The notes: generated from the letters alone by a model not told the origin. 41,884 bases of DNA from Spirochaetales bacterium (GCA_037142615.1 JBAXAI010000033.1:1-41884), one strand, 5' to 3'; positions 30,106 through 39,548 are shown, counted from the first letter of the stretch. A program made the numbers and translations.

Positions 30106-30167
30106 ACTGACCACTCAGTTTTCCGGACTGTTTGGTCCATTGTTGGTGCGGATTCACTTTCTGTCAA
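30106..30167 (-). promoter_or_regulatory. tetR operon promoter with two TetR-type palindromes
   Basis: Minus-strand TTGACA (30167-30162)-17 nt-AACAAT (30144-30139); palindromes ACTGA-CCAC-TCAGT (30106-30119) and GGAC-TGTTTG-GTCC (30125-30138). Confidence 0.6.
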
Positions 30168-30178
30168 TGGGGGTAAAC

Positions 30179-30206
30179 AAAAAAGAGCCCCGCATGGGCG
30201 GGGCTC
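30179..30206 (-). terminator. Intrinsic terminator of the LRR lipoprotein gene
   Basis: 9-bp stem GAGCCCCGC/GCGGGGCTC, 4-nt loop, U-tract on the minus strand. Confidence 0.8.
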
Positions 30207-30237
30207 ATCCTTGACGAGAGATCGACGGTGGCTCTGC

Positions 30238-31860
30238 TTACTGGACTGTGGTCCCGGCTTGCTGGTAGCCCGCCGCGATGTAGTAAAACGCTGTACCCGA
30301 GGGCACCTGGATGGTCAGGCCCGAAGCGCTTGCACCGTTGAAGGTGTTGCCCGGGTCCGCCAACTTGGGCGGAACAGGAGCTGACATCGTCACAGTGGTC
30401 AGATTCGGGTTGCCTGAGAAGGCTCCCCCGGCGATGTACTTGAGCCTCGATCCCAACGTGATCGAGGTCAACCCGGCATCATTGAAGGCGTTGCCTCCGA
30501 TGTAGACAACGGAATCGGGGATTGTCACCGGGGTCGTAAGGCTAGTCCCCGCAAACGCGGCGCCATCGACCGTCAAGAGTTGGCTACTCAGGGCAAAGGA
30601 AATGCTACTCAGCCCGCTCGCCCCCGCAAACGCGTTGTCACCGATTTCTTCGAGCGACGCCGGGAAGGTGACCGAGTTCAGGGCCGTCTGCTTGGCGAAG
30701 GCGGCGTTGCCGACGAGCTTGAGGCCCTCACCGAGACTTGCTGATTGGAGCAGGGGGAGGACGTCGGCCCCATTGGCATCGAAGGTGTTGGCCTGGATGA
30801 CGGTGTATGTTGGGGAGATGCTATTGATCGTGAACGCGTTCGTCCAGCTCGCGGGCCGCCAGTAGCTGGTCGCAGCGTGGTCGTCCACGTAGTTCCAGCC
30901 GTCAAAGTCCATGTAGGTACCAGCGGCGCCGGGAATCCAAGTGACCGGATTGGCGGCACTCGTCGGAATGTCGCTGGCCTTGAACTTGTCCGAGACCTGC
31001 GTGATGCGCCCAGTGGCGTTATAGCTGATCTCAGTCGAACTCGGCAACGCGCCGAAGTACAACCCGAGGAAACTGTGGCCCACCAACGAGGTGGACGGGC
31101 TCGAGATGGTGGGCAGACCCCATTCCGCGACATACAGCTTCCGTCCATTGCCGTATGGACTGTACCCATAGCTTCGCGACCACTTGCTGACGTTGTAGTT
31201 GGAGTCCAGCGCAAAAGTCTCGGTCAGCGTGTTGCCCTGCGCGTCGTAGCGGGTCACAGTCTTGGGACGCCCGGCCGCATCGGTCGAGATGTTGGTCGGA
31301 GTGGCTCCGTCCACCTTGACGATGGGGAAGTTCGAGGTGGCATCGTAGGCGATCGAGATGGCATGGTCCTTGTTGTCGTACGGGACTTCCACGTAGTAAT
31401 TCGTGAGTGAGTCGTAGCCGTTGTCAGAAATGCCGAACTGGGGATCCGTGGTTCCGTCCAGGTAGTACCACGGCCTGTCCCAGGACCCGCTCTTGGTGAG
31501 GATGAAGTCCAGATCGAACGCCGTGGCGCCGGTGGCGGCCGTGACAGTTACCTTGCCGCTTGTTCCTTTTCCGTTGGTCACCTGAAAGTTGTTCTGGTCG
31601 TTCTTCCAGTTGACGGCGGCAGGGCTGGCTTGGGTGTCGGTAGTGTCAAAACGCCCGACGAACGAATACGTCTGGTTGCCACCTTTGAGGCCGCTCACCT
31701 CGACCGAGACCGTGGTATTGGTTTGCGTGGGCGGTAGGGTGGTCGTACCGGGATCGGTTGTGCCCGGCCCCAGAAGATTCGAAAAGAGGCTGCAGCTTGA
31801 AAGGAAAAGGGTCGCTCCAGCGAGGGCGAACGGCAAGATACGGCTTAGCAGATACTTCAT
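30238..31860 (-). CDS. Surface lipoprotein with C-terminal BspA/TpLRR (LRR_5) repeats
   Basis: Lipobox LFLSS-C; Thr/Pro linker; repeats L.SVTFPASLEEIGDNAF, VTIPDSVVYIGGNAF, ITLGSRLKYIAGGAF. Confidence 0.85.
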   Translation of the reverse strand: MKYLLSRILPFALAGATLFLSSCSLFSNLLGPGTTDPGTTTLPPTQTNTTVSVEVSGLKGGNQTYSFVGRFDTTDTQASPAAVNWKNDQNNFQVTNGKGTSGKVTVTAATGATAFDLDFILTKSGSWDRPWYYLDGTTDPQFGISDNGYDSLTNYYVEVPYDNKDHAISIAYDATSNFPIVKVDGATPTNISTDAAGRPKTVTRYDAQGNTLTETFALDSNYNVSKWSRSYGYSPYGNGRKLYVAEWGLPTISSPSTSLVGHSFLGLYFGALPSSTEISYNATGRITQVSDKFKASDIPTSAANPVTWIPGAAGTYMDFDGWNYVDDHAATSYWRPASWTNAFTINSISPTYTVIQANTFDANGADVLPLLQSASLGEGLKLVGNAAFAKQTALNSVTFPASLEEIGDNAFAGASGLSSISFALSSQLLTVDGAAFAGTSLTTPVTIPDSVVYIGGNAFNDAGLTSITLGSRLKYIAGGAFSGNPNLTTVTMSAPVPPKLADPGNTFNGASASGLTIQVPSGTAFYYIAAGYQQAGTTVQ

Positions 31861-31971
31861 GGCGGGTACTCCTCAGATTTCTGACTAGTTTGCTCCTACT
31901 TATTCGATTTGACAAGGGTGGGCCCGAGACCCCCACTGGCAACAGCCGAGGCGTCGGCCTATGATGTTCGC

Positions 31972-32451
31972 ATGGACAACACCTTTGCCAGTCTGCTCGC
32001 GCAAGAAGCCGAGCTTCAGTTCACCCGGTTTGATAATGCCATGGCCTGGAAGCTGGGCTCCTGGCTGGCCGACAAGGCCCGCAAAGAGGGCCTCAAGATC
32101 ACCATCGGGATCACCCGCGCGGGTCAACGCCTCTTCCATTACGCCGCCGAAGGTACCACCAAGGATAACGACGAATGGGTCAACCGCAAGGTGCGCACGG
32201 TTTACCGTTTTGGCCACTCCAGCTTCTTCATGGGGTGCAAATTGACCTACGAGAAAAAGACGCCGGCCGAAAAGTACTACGTCGACGAACGCGAGTACGC
32301 CTTCCACGGCGGCTGTTTCCCCATTTTTCTCAAGGGAACGGGACTGATCGGTACGCTCACCATCTCGGGACTCCCACAGGAACAAGATCACGCGTTGTGC
32401 GTCGAAGCCCTGCGGCACGTGCTCAAAAAGGACGTCAAACCCAAGACCTGA
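31972..32451 (+). CDS. UPF0303 / heme-degrading-domain (GlcG/HbpS-like) protein
   Basis: QE.ELQF.RFDN..AW.LG, DN.EW..RK..TV.RF..SS, HGGCFPI, ISGLPQEQDH. Confidence 0.85.
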   Translation: MDNTFASLLAQEAELQFTRFDNAMAWKLGSWLADKARKEGLKITIGITRAGQRLFHYAAEGTTKDNDEWVNRKVRTVYRFGHSSFFMGCKLTYEKKTPAEKYYVDEREYAFHGGCFPIFLKGTGLIGTLTISGLPQEQDHALCVEALRHVLKKDVKPKT

Positions 32452-32506
32452 CCCTGCCCGATCCCTCTTCCTTGACAGGCGCCAACACTGGGCTCACTGT
32501 GACCTT

Positions 32507-33994
32507 ATGCCCAACCACGTTTTGTCGGCCGTTCAGGCCTCAAGAAAGGTGCAGCCCGAATGGGCCACCGCCCCGTATTCCGTCCGGGCGAAGGCCCTCC
32601 GACGCGTCCGCACGCTTGTGCTCGAACGGGCCGACGAGCTCGCTGCCATCATCAGCCGCGATAACGGCAAGGTTTTGGTCGATGCCCTGGCCGCCGAGGT
32701 ACTTCCGACGGCCATGGGCGTTGGCTATTACATCCGGGCGGCGCGCAAAGTGCTTCGTCCACGGCGGGCTCGCGGTGGCAATATCCTGCTCTTCAACAAA
32801 CGGAGCCGAATCCAGGCCCTGCCCTACGGGGTGGTTGGCATCATCTCGCCCTGGAACTACCCGTTTTCTATTCCCTTCAGTGAGGTCGTGATGGCCCTGC
32901 TTACCGGCAACGGGGTGGTCTTGAAGGTTGCCAGCGACACTCTCGAGGTGGGCAAGGCCTTGGCCGATCTCTTCATGGCGGCAGGACTTCCTCCGGGGCT
33001 TTTTGGCTACGTGGTGTTGCCGGGCAGTCAGGCGGGACCCGCCTTTCTTGAGGCGAGGGTCGACAAGCTGTTCTTCACCGGTTCCACCGAGGTGGGGCGA
33101 ACTTTGGTCGCCCTCAGTGCCCCCACGCTCACGCCGCTGGTGCTCGAACTCGGTGGCAACGACGCGGCTTACGTGCGCGCCGATGCCGACCTGGAGCGCG
33201 CCGCCAACGGTATCCTCTGGTCGGGCTTTTCGAATGCCGGCCAATCGTGCGGCGGGGCCCAGCGCATCCTCGTCCACGAGACGGTGTACGACAGGTTTGT
33301 CGAGGCCCTGTCGCGGCGTGTGGCAGCGCTGCGTGTCGGCCCTGGCGACGAGTGGTCAAACGACATGGGTGCCATGACCTCGGCCAAGCAGAGAAAAACG
33401 GTGCAGGAACAGATCGCTGCCTGCGTGGCGGCCGGTGCCAAAATCGCGGCGCAAAGTCAGGCTCCGACGGAAGGGAACTTCTTGGCGGCTATGGTGCTGA
33501 CCGACGTGACTCCCGACATGCCGGTGATGAACGACGAGATTTTTGGCCCGGTGGTGGCCGTCGTGCGGGTCAAAGACGACGAGGAGGCCCTCCGCTTGGC
33601 CAACGCCTCGCCGCTGGGCCTCACCAGTTCGGTCTGGAGCCGCGATCACAAAACGGCACGCCGCCTGGCCCGCCGCATCCGCGCGGGAGCGATCCTGATC
33701 AACGACCACCTGATGTCGCACGGCTTGGCTGAGACGCCGTGGGGCGGCTTCGGCGACTCCGGCATCGGCCGCACCCATGGCGAGGCAGGGTTGGCCGAAA
33801 TGGTCCGCCTGCAAGTGGTCGTCGATGACCTGTTGCCCTTCGCCAGCAAGAACATCTGGTGGCATCCGTATTCCGAAAAGGTCTACACGGGGCTCAAGGC
33901 CCTGCTCCAGTTGCTCTACGGTCCGGGGCTTGGTCGACGCCTGGGCGCGATTCCCCGCGTGCTGAAGATCTTCTTCCGCTACTGGGAGCGCTGA
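32507..33994 (+). CDS. Aldehyde dehydrogenase family protein
   Basis: GVVGIISPWNYP, FTGST, LELGGND, NAGQSC (catalytic Cys), EIFGP, PWGGFGDSGIGR. Confidence 0.95.
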   Translation: MPNHVLSAVQASRKVQPEWATAPYSVRAKALRRVRTLVLERADELAAIISRDNGKVLVDALAAEVLPTAMGVGYYIRAARKVLRPRRARGGNILLFNKRSRIQALPYGVVGIISPWNYPFSIPFSEVVMALLTGNGVVLKVASDTLEVGKALADLFMAAGLPPGLFGYVVLPGSQAGPAFLEARVDKLFFTGSTEVGRTLVALSAPTLTPLVLELGGNDAAYVRADADLERAANGILWSGFSNAGQSCGGAQRILVHETVYDRFVEALSRRVAALRVGPGDEWSNDMGAMTSAKQRKTVQEQIAACVAAGAKIAAQSQAPTEGNFLAAMVLTDVTPDMPVMNDEIFGPVVAVVRVKDDEEALRLANASPLGLTSSVWSRDHKTARRLARRIRAGAILINDHLMSHGLAETPWGGFGDSGIGRTHGEAGLAEMVRLQVVVDDLLPFASKNIWWHPYSEKVYTGLKALLQLLYGPGLGRRLGAIPRVLKIFFRYWER

Positions 33995-34045
33995 TCACCA
34001 AGAGGTTGCTCTTGACAACCTTTGTTTATAATAAAAACTGTTAAC

Positions 34046-36226
34046 ATGATAAACACAAGCTGGGATGTGATCGTGATTGGTTCGGGCATAGGCGGGCTCA
34101 CGGCGGCTTCGCTCTTGGCCAAGGCGGGTGGCCGCAAAGTCCTGGTGCTCGAACAGCACGTGCAGCCGGGCGGTCTGACCCATGTGTTTCGCCGCCAAGG
34201 CGCCTCGTGGGATGTCGGTTTGCACTACGTCGGCGAGATGGCCGAGGGAATGATGCCCCGCACCATCATGGACCTCGTCACCGGTGGCGAGGTGAAGTGG
34301 CGCCAAATGCCCGACGAGTTTGAGCATTTCGTACTGCCGGGGACAGACCTCAAGCAGCCCTCCGACCCCAAGAAATGGCGCGCGCGGCTCGACGAGGCCT
34401 TTCCCGCCGAAAAGGCCGGGCTCAAACGCTGGTTCCGCGAACTCGACCGTTTGGCCGCGTGGAACCGGCTGGGCTTCATGGCCGGGCTCGTGCCGTCTCC
34501 GGTGTCGGGCGCACTGCGCTGGTGGCACAGCCGAGGTCGCGGCAAGGCCTCCCGAACCACGCTTTCGGTGTTGCAGTCGTGCGTCGCCGACCCCACCCTT
34601 CGCACCCTGCTCACGGCCGTCAGTCCCGACTACGGCTTGCCTCCCGAACAAAGCGCCATCGCGATCCACGCGCTCATCGAGGGCCACTACCGCCACGGCG
34701 CCTGGTTCCCCGAAGGCGGTTCAGGCCGTATCGCCCGAGCCGCCGCCGAAGGCATTGAGTCCCGGGGAGGCCTGGTTCTCACCGGCTGGGAAGTCACCGA
34801 AATCCTGCGCGACGGCAACGCGGTGACAGGCGTGCGGGCCCGCGACACGGGCAACGGCAGTGGCCGCGAATTGACGTTCCAAAGTCCGCAAGTCGTGTCG
34901 TCGGTTGGCATCGAAACCACGCTCAACAAGCTTTTGCCCGGGACTCTCCCTCCCTCGATGGAACAGCTCAAGCGCGAGGTGGCAGCGGTTCCCTCTGGCT
35001 ACAGCGCGGTGACCCTGTATCTGAAGCTCAAGCGAAGTCCCGAGGAGCTCGGGATCCACGGCGAGAACTGGTGGGTGTACGAGTCCAACCCGCCCTCGTA
35101 CACGAAGCAGGCCGAAGAGACCTTTCAGGGACGCGCTTCGCACGTTTATGTGTCGTTCCCCTCACTCAAGAACGGGGAGACGCGCTTTCACACGGCCGAA
35201 GTCTTGGGCACGGGCTTGTGGCAGCATTTTTCGCGGGGCGCCTCGTACGAGGCCGACAAACAGCGCATCGCCGCCGGTCTTTTGGCGGCGGCCGACCGAG
35301 CGATTCCGGGCCTCGCGGCGCTGGTGGAGTTTTCGGAACTCTCGACGCCACTGACCATGGAACACTACCTCCATTCCCCCAAGGGACAGTTTTACGGGCT
35401 GCCGGCCACGCCGGAACGGTTTCGACTGAAAGGGCTGCAACCACAGACAGCGGTCCGAGGTCTGTCCCTCGCCGGTACCGACGCCGGGTCGCTGGGCATT
35501 GTGGGCGCCCTGATGGGAGGCGCCGCCTGCGCCCTGCACTTGCTCGGCTCGCGCGGCATGCCGTTGATGATGGCTGCCAACCGTGAAACCGGCCGTGCGG
35601 TCCGGCCCACAGCGAGGTTGACCACCCTGACTTGGCGTACCCCGCTGGTGGTCGAGGCCTGCTTCGACGTCGATCGCGCCTGGGACTTTCGCCCGGGCCA
35701 GTACGCCCGCCTCGAGGTGGCGCCCTGGGAATGGCGCGACTACTCACTGGTCGATGTTTCGCCCACACCGGGCGGCTGTCGGGTCAAGTTTCTCGTGTCG
35801 GTGGCCACCGGCGGGGACGGCTCCGAGTGGTTCCGCCACGCCCGGGTGGGCGACTCGTTACGGGCGGAAGGCCCGATGGGAACCTTCGGCCTGACAGGAT
35901 CGGCAAAGAGCCGCATCTATGTCGCTACTGGAACTGGACTTGCGCCCTTGGTTCCGATGCTTGGCCAGGCACCTGGCACGTTGGTTTTCGGCTGCCGCAC
36001 CCCGGCCGACAACCTCGCGCAGGGCCTGGTCGAGCGGGCCGTGGTTTGCTGCAGCCGCTCACCCGGCGGCACGGTCCAGGGGAGGGTCACCGACTACCTG
36101 AAAACGGCCGAGTTTGACCCGGCGGCCACCGAGTTCTACCTTTGCGGCTCGCCAGCCATGATGGCCGAAGTGACTGCCCTGCTCAAGCAGCGTGGCGCCA
36201 GCAACATCTACACCGAGAAATGGTGA
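34046..36226 (+). CDS. CrtI/retinol-saturase-like FAD oxidoreductase fused to a C-terminal ferredoxin-NAD(P) reductase-type module
   Basis: N-terminus: VIVIGSGIGGL, LEQH..PGG, WDVGLHYVG, STPLT..HY, G..GALMGG. C-terminus: FRPGQY, RDYS, GPMG.F, ATGTGLAP, FGCR, YLCGSPAM, terminal EKW. Confidence 0.85.
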   Translation: MINTSWDVIVIGSGIGGLTAASLLAKAGGRKVLVLEQHVQPGGLTHVFRRQGASWDVGLHYVGEMAEGMMPRTIMDLVTGGEVKWRQMPDEFEHFVLPGTDLKQPSDPKKWRARLDEAFPAEKAGLKRWFRELDRLAAWNRLGFMAGLVPSPVSGALRWWHSRGRGKASRTTLSVLQSCVADPTLRTLLTAVSPDYGLPPEQSAIAIHALIEGHYRHGAWFPEGGSGRIARAAAEGIESRGGLVLTGWEVTEILRDGNAVTGVRARDTGNGSGRELTFQSPQVVSSVGIETTLNKLLPGTLPPSMEQLKREVAAVPSGYSAVTLYLKLKRSPEELGIHGENWWVYESNPPSYTKQAEETFQGRASHVYVSFPSLKNGETRFHTAEVLGTGLWQHFSRGASYEADKQRIAAGLLAAADRAIPGLAALVEFSELSTPLTMEHYLHSPKGQFYGLPATPERFRLKGLQPQTAVRGLSLAGTDAGSLGIVGALMGGAACALHLLGSRGMPLMMAANRETGRAVRPTARLTTLTWRTPLVVEACFDVDRAWDFRPGQYARLEVAPWEWRDYSLVDVSPTPGGCRVKFLVSVATGGDGSEWFRHARVGDSLRAEGPMGTFGLTGSAKSRIYVATGTGLAPLVPMLGQAPGTLVFGCRTPADNLAQGLVERAVVCCSRSPGGTVQGRVTDYLKTAEFDPAATEFYLCGSPAMMAEVTALLKQRGASNIYTEKW

Positions 36227-36239
36227 GGGGGAGATTGTC

Positions 36240-36692
36240 ATGACCGAAGCGGACTTCCGTGAGACCGAAGTGTTTCTGCTCCACAAGCTGGTGATTCACC
36301 TCGACCAGTTTGCCCGCAACGAGGTTCTGCGGAACGAGGGCATCACCTACAGCGAGTTCTTGGTATTGATGGCGGTGGCCGAGGTCGAGGTTCCAGTGCA
36401 CGACAACGTTTGCCGCTACCTCGACCAGAGCAAGTCGCTCGTCAGTCAAAAGATCACGGCGCTGAGAACCAAAGGTCTGGTGAGGCAGCAGGAGCGGTCC
36501 GAGAATCGGCGGCAGACTCTGGTCTACCTCACGGCCGAGGGCGCCCAGGTGCTCAGTCGAACAGCGGGTCTGCTTTCTGCCGCGAGCGAGGAGCTTTTCA
36601 CGCTGCTGGGGGCCGGTCGGGAGACGTTCCACAACGACCTCAGGGTCCTCGTGGAAGAAATGGCCTCCAGGTCAAATGGAAAAAGTGTTTGA
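36240..36692 (+). CDS. MarR-family regulator
   Basis: ITYSEFLVL, KS.VSQ.I..L..KGLV, NRRQTLVYLTAEG (DRR...LT..G wing). Confidence 0.85.
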   Translation: MTEADFRETEVFLLHKLVIHLDQFARNEVLRNEGITYSEFLVLMAVAEVEVPVHDNVCRYLDQSKSLVSQKITALRTKGLVRQQERSENRRQTLVYLTAEGAQVLSRTAGLLSAASEELFTLLGAGRETFHNDLRVLVEEMASRSNGKSV

Positions 36693-36780
36693 GCTTCGAG
36701 AGTCTTGTCGTCGAGCACGCGGTCGAACAGGGAATCTGCCCTGACCGGGCCGTAGGTTGCCGCGATACCGGCGTCAATAG

Positions 36781-36840
36781 TACGAAACAACATTCACGTA
36801 AAACGATTGACGAAACATACTACCTGTAATATGTTTCGTA
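36781..36840 (+). promoter_or_regulatory. Promoter of wHTH-ppcA with repeated operator motif
   Basis: TTGACG 36807-36812-17 nt-TATGTT 36830-36835; ACGAAACA at 36782 and 36810 and inverted TGTTTCGT ending at 36839. Confidence 0.65.
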
Positions 36841-36844
36841 TATC

Positions 36845-37150
36845 ATGGAACTCGACAAGCCTACTTGGACCTTCTTCACCAACCACACGCACGTGCTGGT
36901 CAGCCTCGCGCGGAATCCGGAGGCGCCCCTTCGGTTGATCGCCCAGCAACTAGGTTTGACCGAAAGGGCGGTGCAGCGCATCGTCGGCGAACTGGAAGCG
37001 GCGGGGGTTCTGGAACGCCACAAAGAGGGCCGGCAAAACCGCTACAACCTGCATTTTGAGGTCGCGCTCCGCCACCCTCTCGAAAGTCATCGCAAGATCG
37101 GCGACGTTTTGGCGCCACTGCTTTCCAACGACAAGGAGTCGCAAGCATGA
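36845..37150 (+). CDS. Small winged-HTH regulator (MarR/AsnC-like, WTF.TNH family)
   Basis: [45 protein letters not shown]; ATGA overlap with ppcA. Confidence 0.85.
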   Translation: MELDKPTWTFFTNHTHVLVSLARNPEAPLRLIAQQLGLTERAVQRIVGELEAAGVLERHKEGRQNRYNLHFEVALRHPLESHRKIGDVLAPLLSNDKESQA

Positions 37151-38610
37151 AGATCCCCCGTTGCATGAGCACGCAGCATCCCGACAACGTCAACGTTCCC
37201 TTTTTTGCCCGCGAGCAGAAGATCGGAGGCGAAGACGAGATCAAGGAGGCGTACTACACCTACAGCCACCTGGGCATCGACGAGCAGATGTGGGACGTCG
37301 AAGGGAAGGAGGTGGACAACTACGTTGTCAAGAAGCTCCTCACCACTTACGAGCACTTCTTCCGCGAACACATCCTAGGCGAAGACGTGTTCCTCACCCT
37401 GCGGGTACCCAACCCCGTGGAGGAGCGCGCCGAGGCCAAAATCCTGCTCGAGACCCTCGAAAGCATTCCCCGCAGCTTCGACGCCAGCGCCTTGTTCTAC
37501 GGCCGCGACGTCGCTCCCATCTTCGAAGTCATCCTCCCCATGACCGACAGCGCCTCGTCGATCGATCATATCTATCGGTATTACAAGGATTTCATCGTCG
37601 GACGACAGGACAAGGTGTTCAAGAAAGGCGACATCACGATCGGCGAATGGATCGGACAGTTCAAGCCCGCTGCGGTGAACGTGATCCCGCTCATGGAAGA
37701 CCTCTACCATCAGTTGTCTGCCGACACGATCGTGCGCGAGTACCTCTCGGACAAGAAAGACGTCACGGACCAGCGGGTGTTTCTGGCCCGCTCCGACCCG
37801 GCGATGAATTACGGCACCTTCGGCGCGGTGGTCAGCAACAAGATTGCGCTCATGCGGCTCGAAGCCCTTTCGAGGGAAATCGGCGTGCGCCTGCACCCGA
37901 TTCTCGGTGCCGGCTCGGCTCCCTTCCGAGGAAACCTGAGTCCTCGCACTGCCCGCCGCTTCACCCGCGAGTATCCGTCGGTCGAGACGTTCACCCTGCA
38001 GTCTGCGTTCAAGTACGACTACCCCCTCGACGAGATCCGCGAAGCGGTGCGCTTCCTCGAGAACGACTTCGAGCCCGGACGGCCCACGCCCATCGATGCC
38101 GAAAGCGCCCTTAAACTCACCGAGGAGTACACCAAGGTGTACCAGATGCAGGTGAAGGAACTGGCGCCCGTCGTGAACAAGATGGCCAAGTTCATACCGA
38201 AAAGGCGCGACCGCAAACTGCATACCGGTCTCTTCGGGTATGCCCGCAGCCTCGACGGCGTGACTTTGCCGCGCGCCATCAGCTTCACGGCAAGCCTCTA
38301 CTCGCTGGGGTGCCCACCCGAACTGCTGGGGCTCACCGCGTTCACGCCGGCCACGTACAGCCGTGCCCGCGAGGTGTATCACTTCTTCGAAGAAGATCTT
38401 CGCGACGCCCTGCGGGGCCTCAACCCCGACTCGCCGTATCTCCCTCACGGACTGCTCGCCAAGCTGGATGAACTGGGAATCCGCTACGAAGTCGACCCGC
38501 AGCAGAAACAGCTGACCGACCAGATTCTCAAGACCTTGGCCGACGGTAGGACGGAGCGGACCACGGAACTGGTGCTGATGGCTGGCCAGGCGCGGCAGTT
38601 TCTCGGCTGA
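37147..38610 (+). CDS. ppcA: Archaeal-type phosphoenolpyruvate carboxylase
   Basis: [86 protein letters not shown]; 487 aa (canonical bacterial Ppc is about twice this size). Confidence 0.92.
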   Translation: MKIPRCMSTQHPDNVNVPFFAREQKIGGEDEIKEAYYTYSHLGIDEQMWDVEGKEVDNYVVKKLLTTYEHFFREHILGEDVFLTLRVPNPVEERAEAKILLETLESIPRSFDASALFYGRDVAPIFEVILPMTDSASSIDHIYRYYKDFIVGRQDKVFKKGDITIGEWIGQFKPAAVNVIPLMEDLYHQLSADTIVREYLSDKKDVTDQRVFLARSDPAMNYGTFGAVVSNKIALMRLEALSREIGVRLHPILGAGSAPFRGNLSPRTARRFTREYPSVETFTLQSAFKYDYPLDEIREAVRFLENDFEPGRPTPIDAESALKLTEEYTKVYQMQVKELAPVVNKMAKFIPKRRDRKLHTGLFGYARSLDGVTLPRAISFTASLYSLGCPPELLGLTAFTPATYSRAREVYHFFEEDLRDALRGLNPDSPYLPHGLLAKLDELGIRYEVDPQQKQLTDQILKTLADGRTERTTELVLMAGQARQFLG

Positions 38611-38786
38611 GGCCGGGGATGCGGGTACACTGCGTGGGCGCTGGCGGCCTCGGTTTCGAGCAGGTTGGGGGCCACCGAATTGAAGGAAGAGCAAACAGCA
38701 CGACGAGGACGAGTGTGAACGGACACGGGAATCGATGCTTGAACATAGGATCCAACCTCACCTGTTCGGAGCGTATGACCAAAGAG

Positions 38787-38819
38787 TTGTCATTGACAAT
38801 CACGGGGGGGGGATATGAT
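38787..38819 (+). promoter_or_regulatory. Promoter with a G9 homopolymer in the -35/-10 spacer
   Basis: TTGACA 38793-38798, G9 at 38804-38812, TATGAT 38814-38819, spacer 15 nt; palindrome TTGTCA-T-TGACAA 38787-38799. Confidence 0.65.
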
Positions 38820-38852
38820 CACGATGTATTGAGTTCAGCAGAGGAGTTCGCG

Positions 38853-39407
38853 ATGATGGCCAAATACAACGAGTTTTCGCACAGACATCGGTTTGCCGCG
38901 TGGGCGGCCGGTACCGCTGCTCGAGCCAGCAAGAAGAACCGCTTTTCTGTCCGCAAAGGGGTGGCAATTCTCGAGGCGGCCGGTTTCAACGCCGATTTTG
39001 GTAACCCCAGCAACTTGCCCAGCGCCAGCGATATGGATTCCGCACACCGGCAGTGGCGTGAGAAGGTCATTGTGGCCGCTCACCAGCATGGCAAGGTGTT
39101 TACGCACGGTGTGGCGGCAAAGCTCATCAATGCCTACCTTAAGGCGCTCTTCGTGTGCGGGCCTGCGGCACACGACCCCAGGGTTCAGTTTCTTCACCCT
39201 CCGATTGACCGTGTGCTTCTTAAGGCCCTTGCCGATGGTGATGTCGGCGGCAAGTCCGCCTACTGGCGAATGGCGGAGAACCGGGGTTGGTCCAACTTTG
39301 ATACTGGTGAATACGAGACCGTGATCGAGCAAGTTCGCGCGCTCTACCCCGAAGGCGGGTACTGGCGGATCGAACAGTATTGGCAAGGATTTCAAGGCAA
39401 CGACTAG
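38853..39407 (+). CDS. Hypothetical protein, ~184 aa
   Basis: GAGGAG RBS before ATGATG; motif-like H..AAWAA..AA, HGVAAKLINAYLK, HPPIDRVLL, WS.FD..Y, W.IE.YW. Confidence 0.7.
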   Translation: MMAKYNEFSHRHRFAAWAAGTAARASKKNRFSVRKGVAILEAAGFNADFGNPSNLPSASDMDSAHRQWREKVIVAAHQHGKVFTHGVAAKLINAYLKALFVCGPAAHDPRVQFLHPPIDRVLLKALADGDVGGKSAYWRMAENRGWSNFDTGEYETVIEQVRALYPEGGYWRIEQYWQGFQGND

Positions 39408-39548
39408 GGCGACATCAGGTGAGCACGAGACACCAGCCCCTTGAAGGTCGTCGACAATCTCATCGTGGGGTTTATGCGGCGAACAAAACAATAGGTTCAA
39501 AACCCCGACCGTGTTGTCGGGGAACAGCGAAAGATGAGGAGAGTATTT

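Noticed and set aside
25120-36226. Single lipid-modification cluster (Pls/Ger + ALDH + saturase fusion)
   Set aside because: The genes lie in separate transcription units with their own promoters and regulators and are interrupted by unrelated genes; a functional link cannot be supported from sequence alone.
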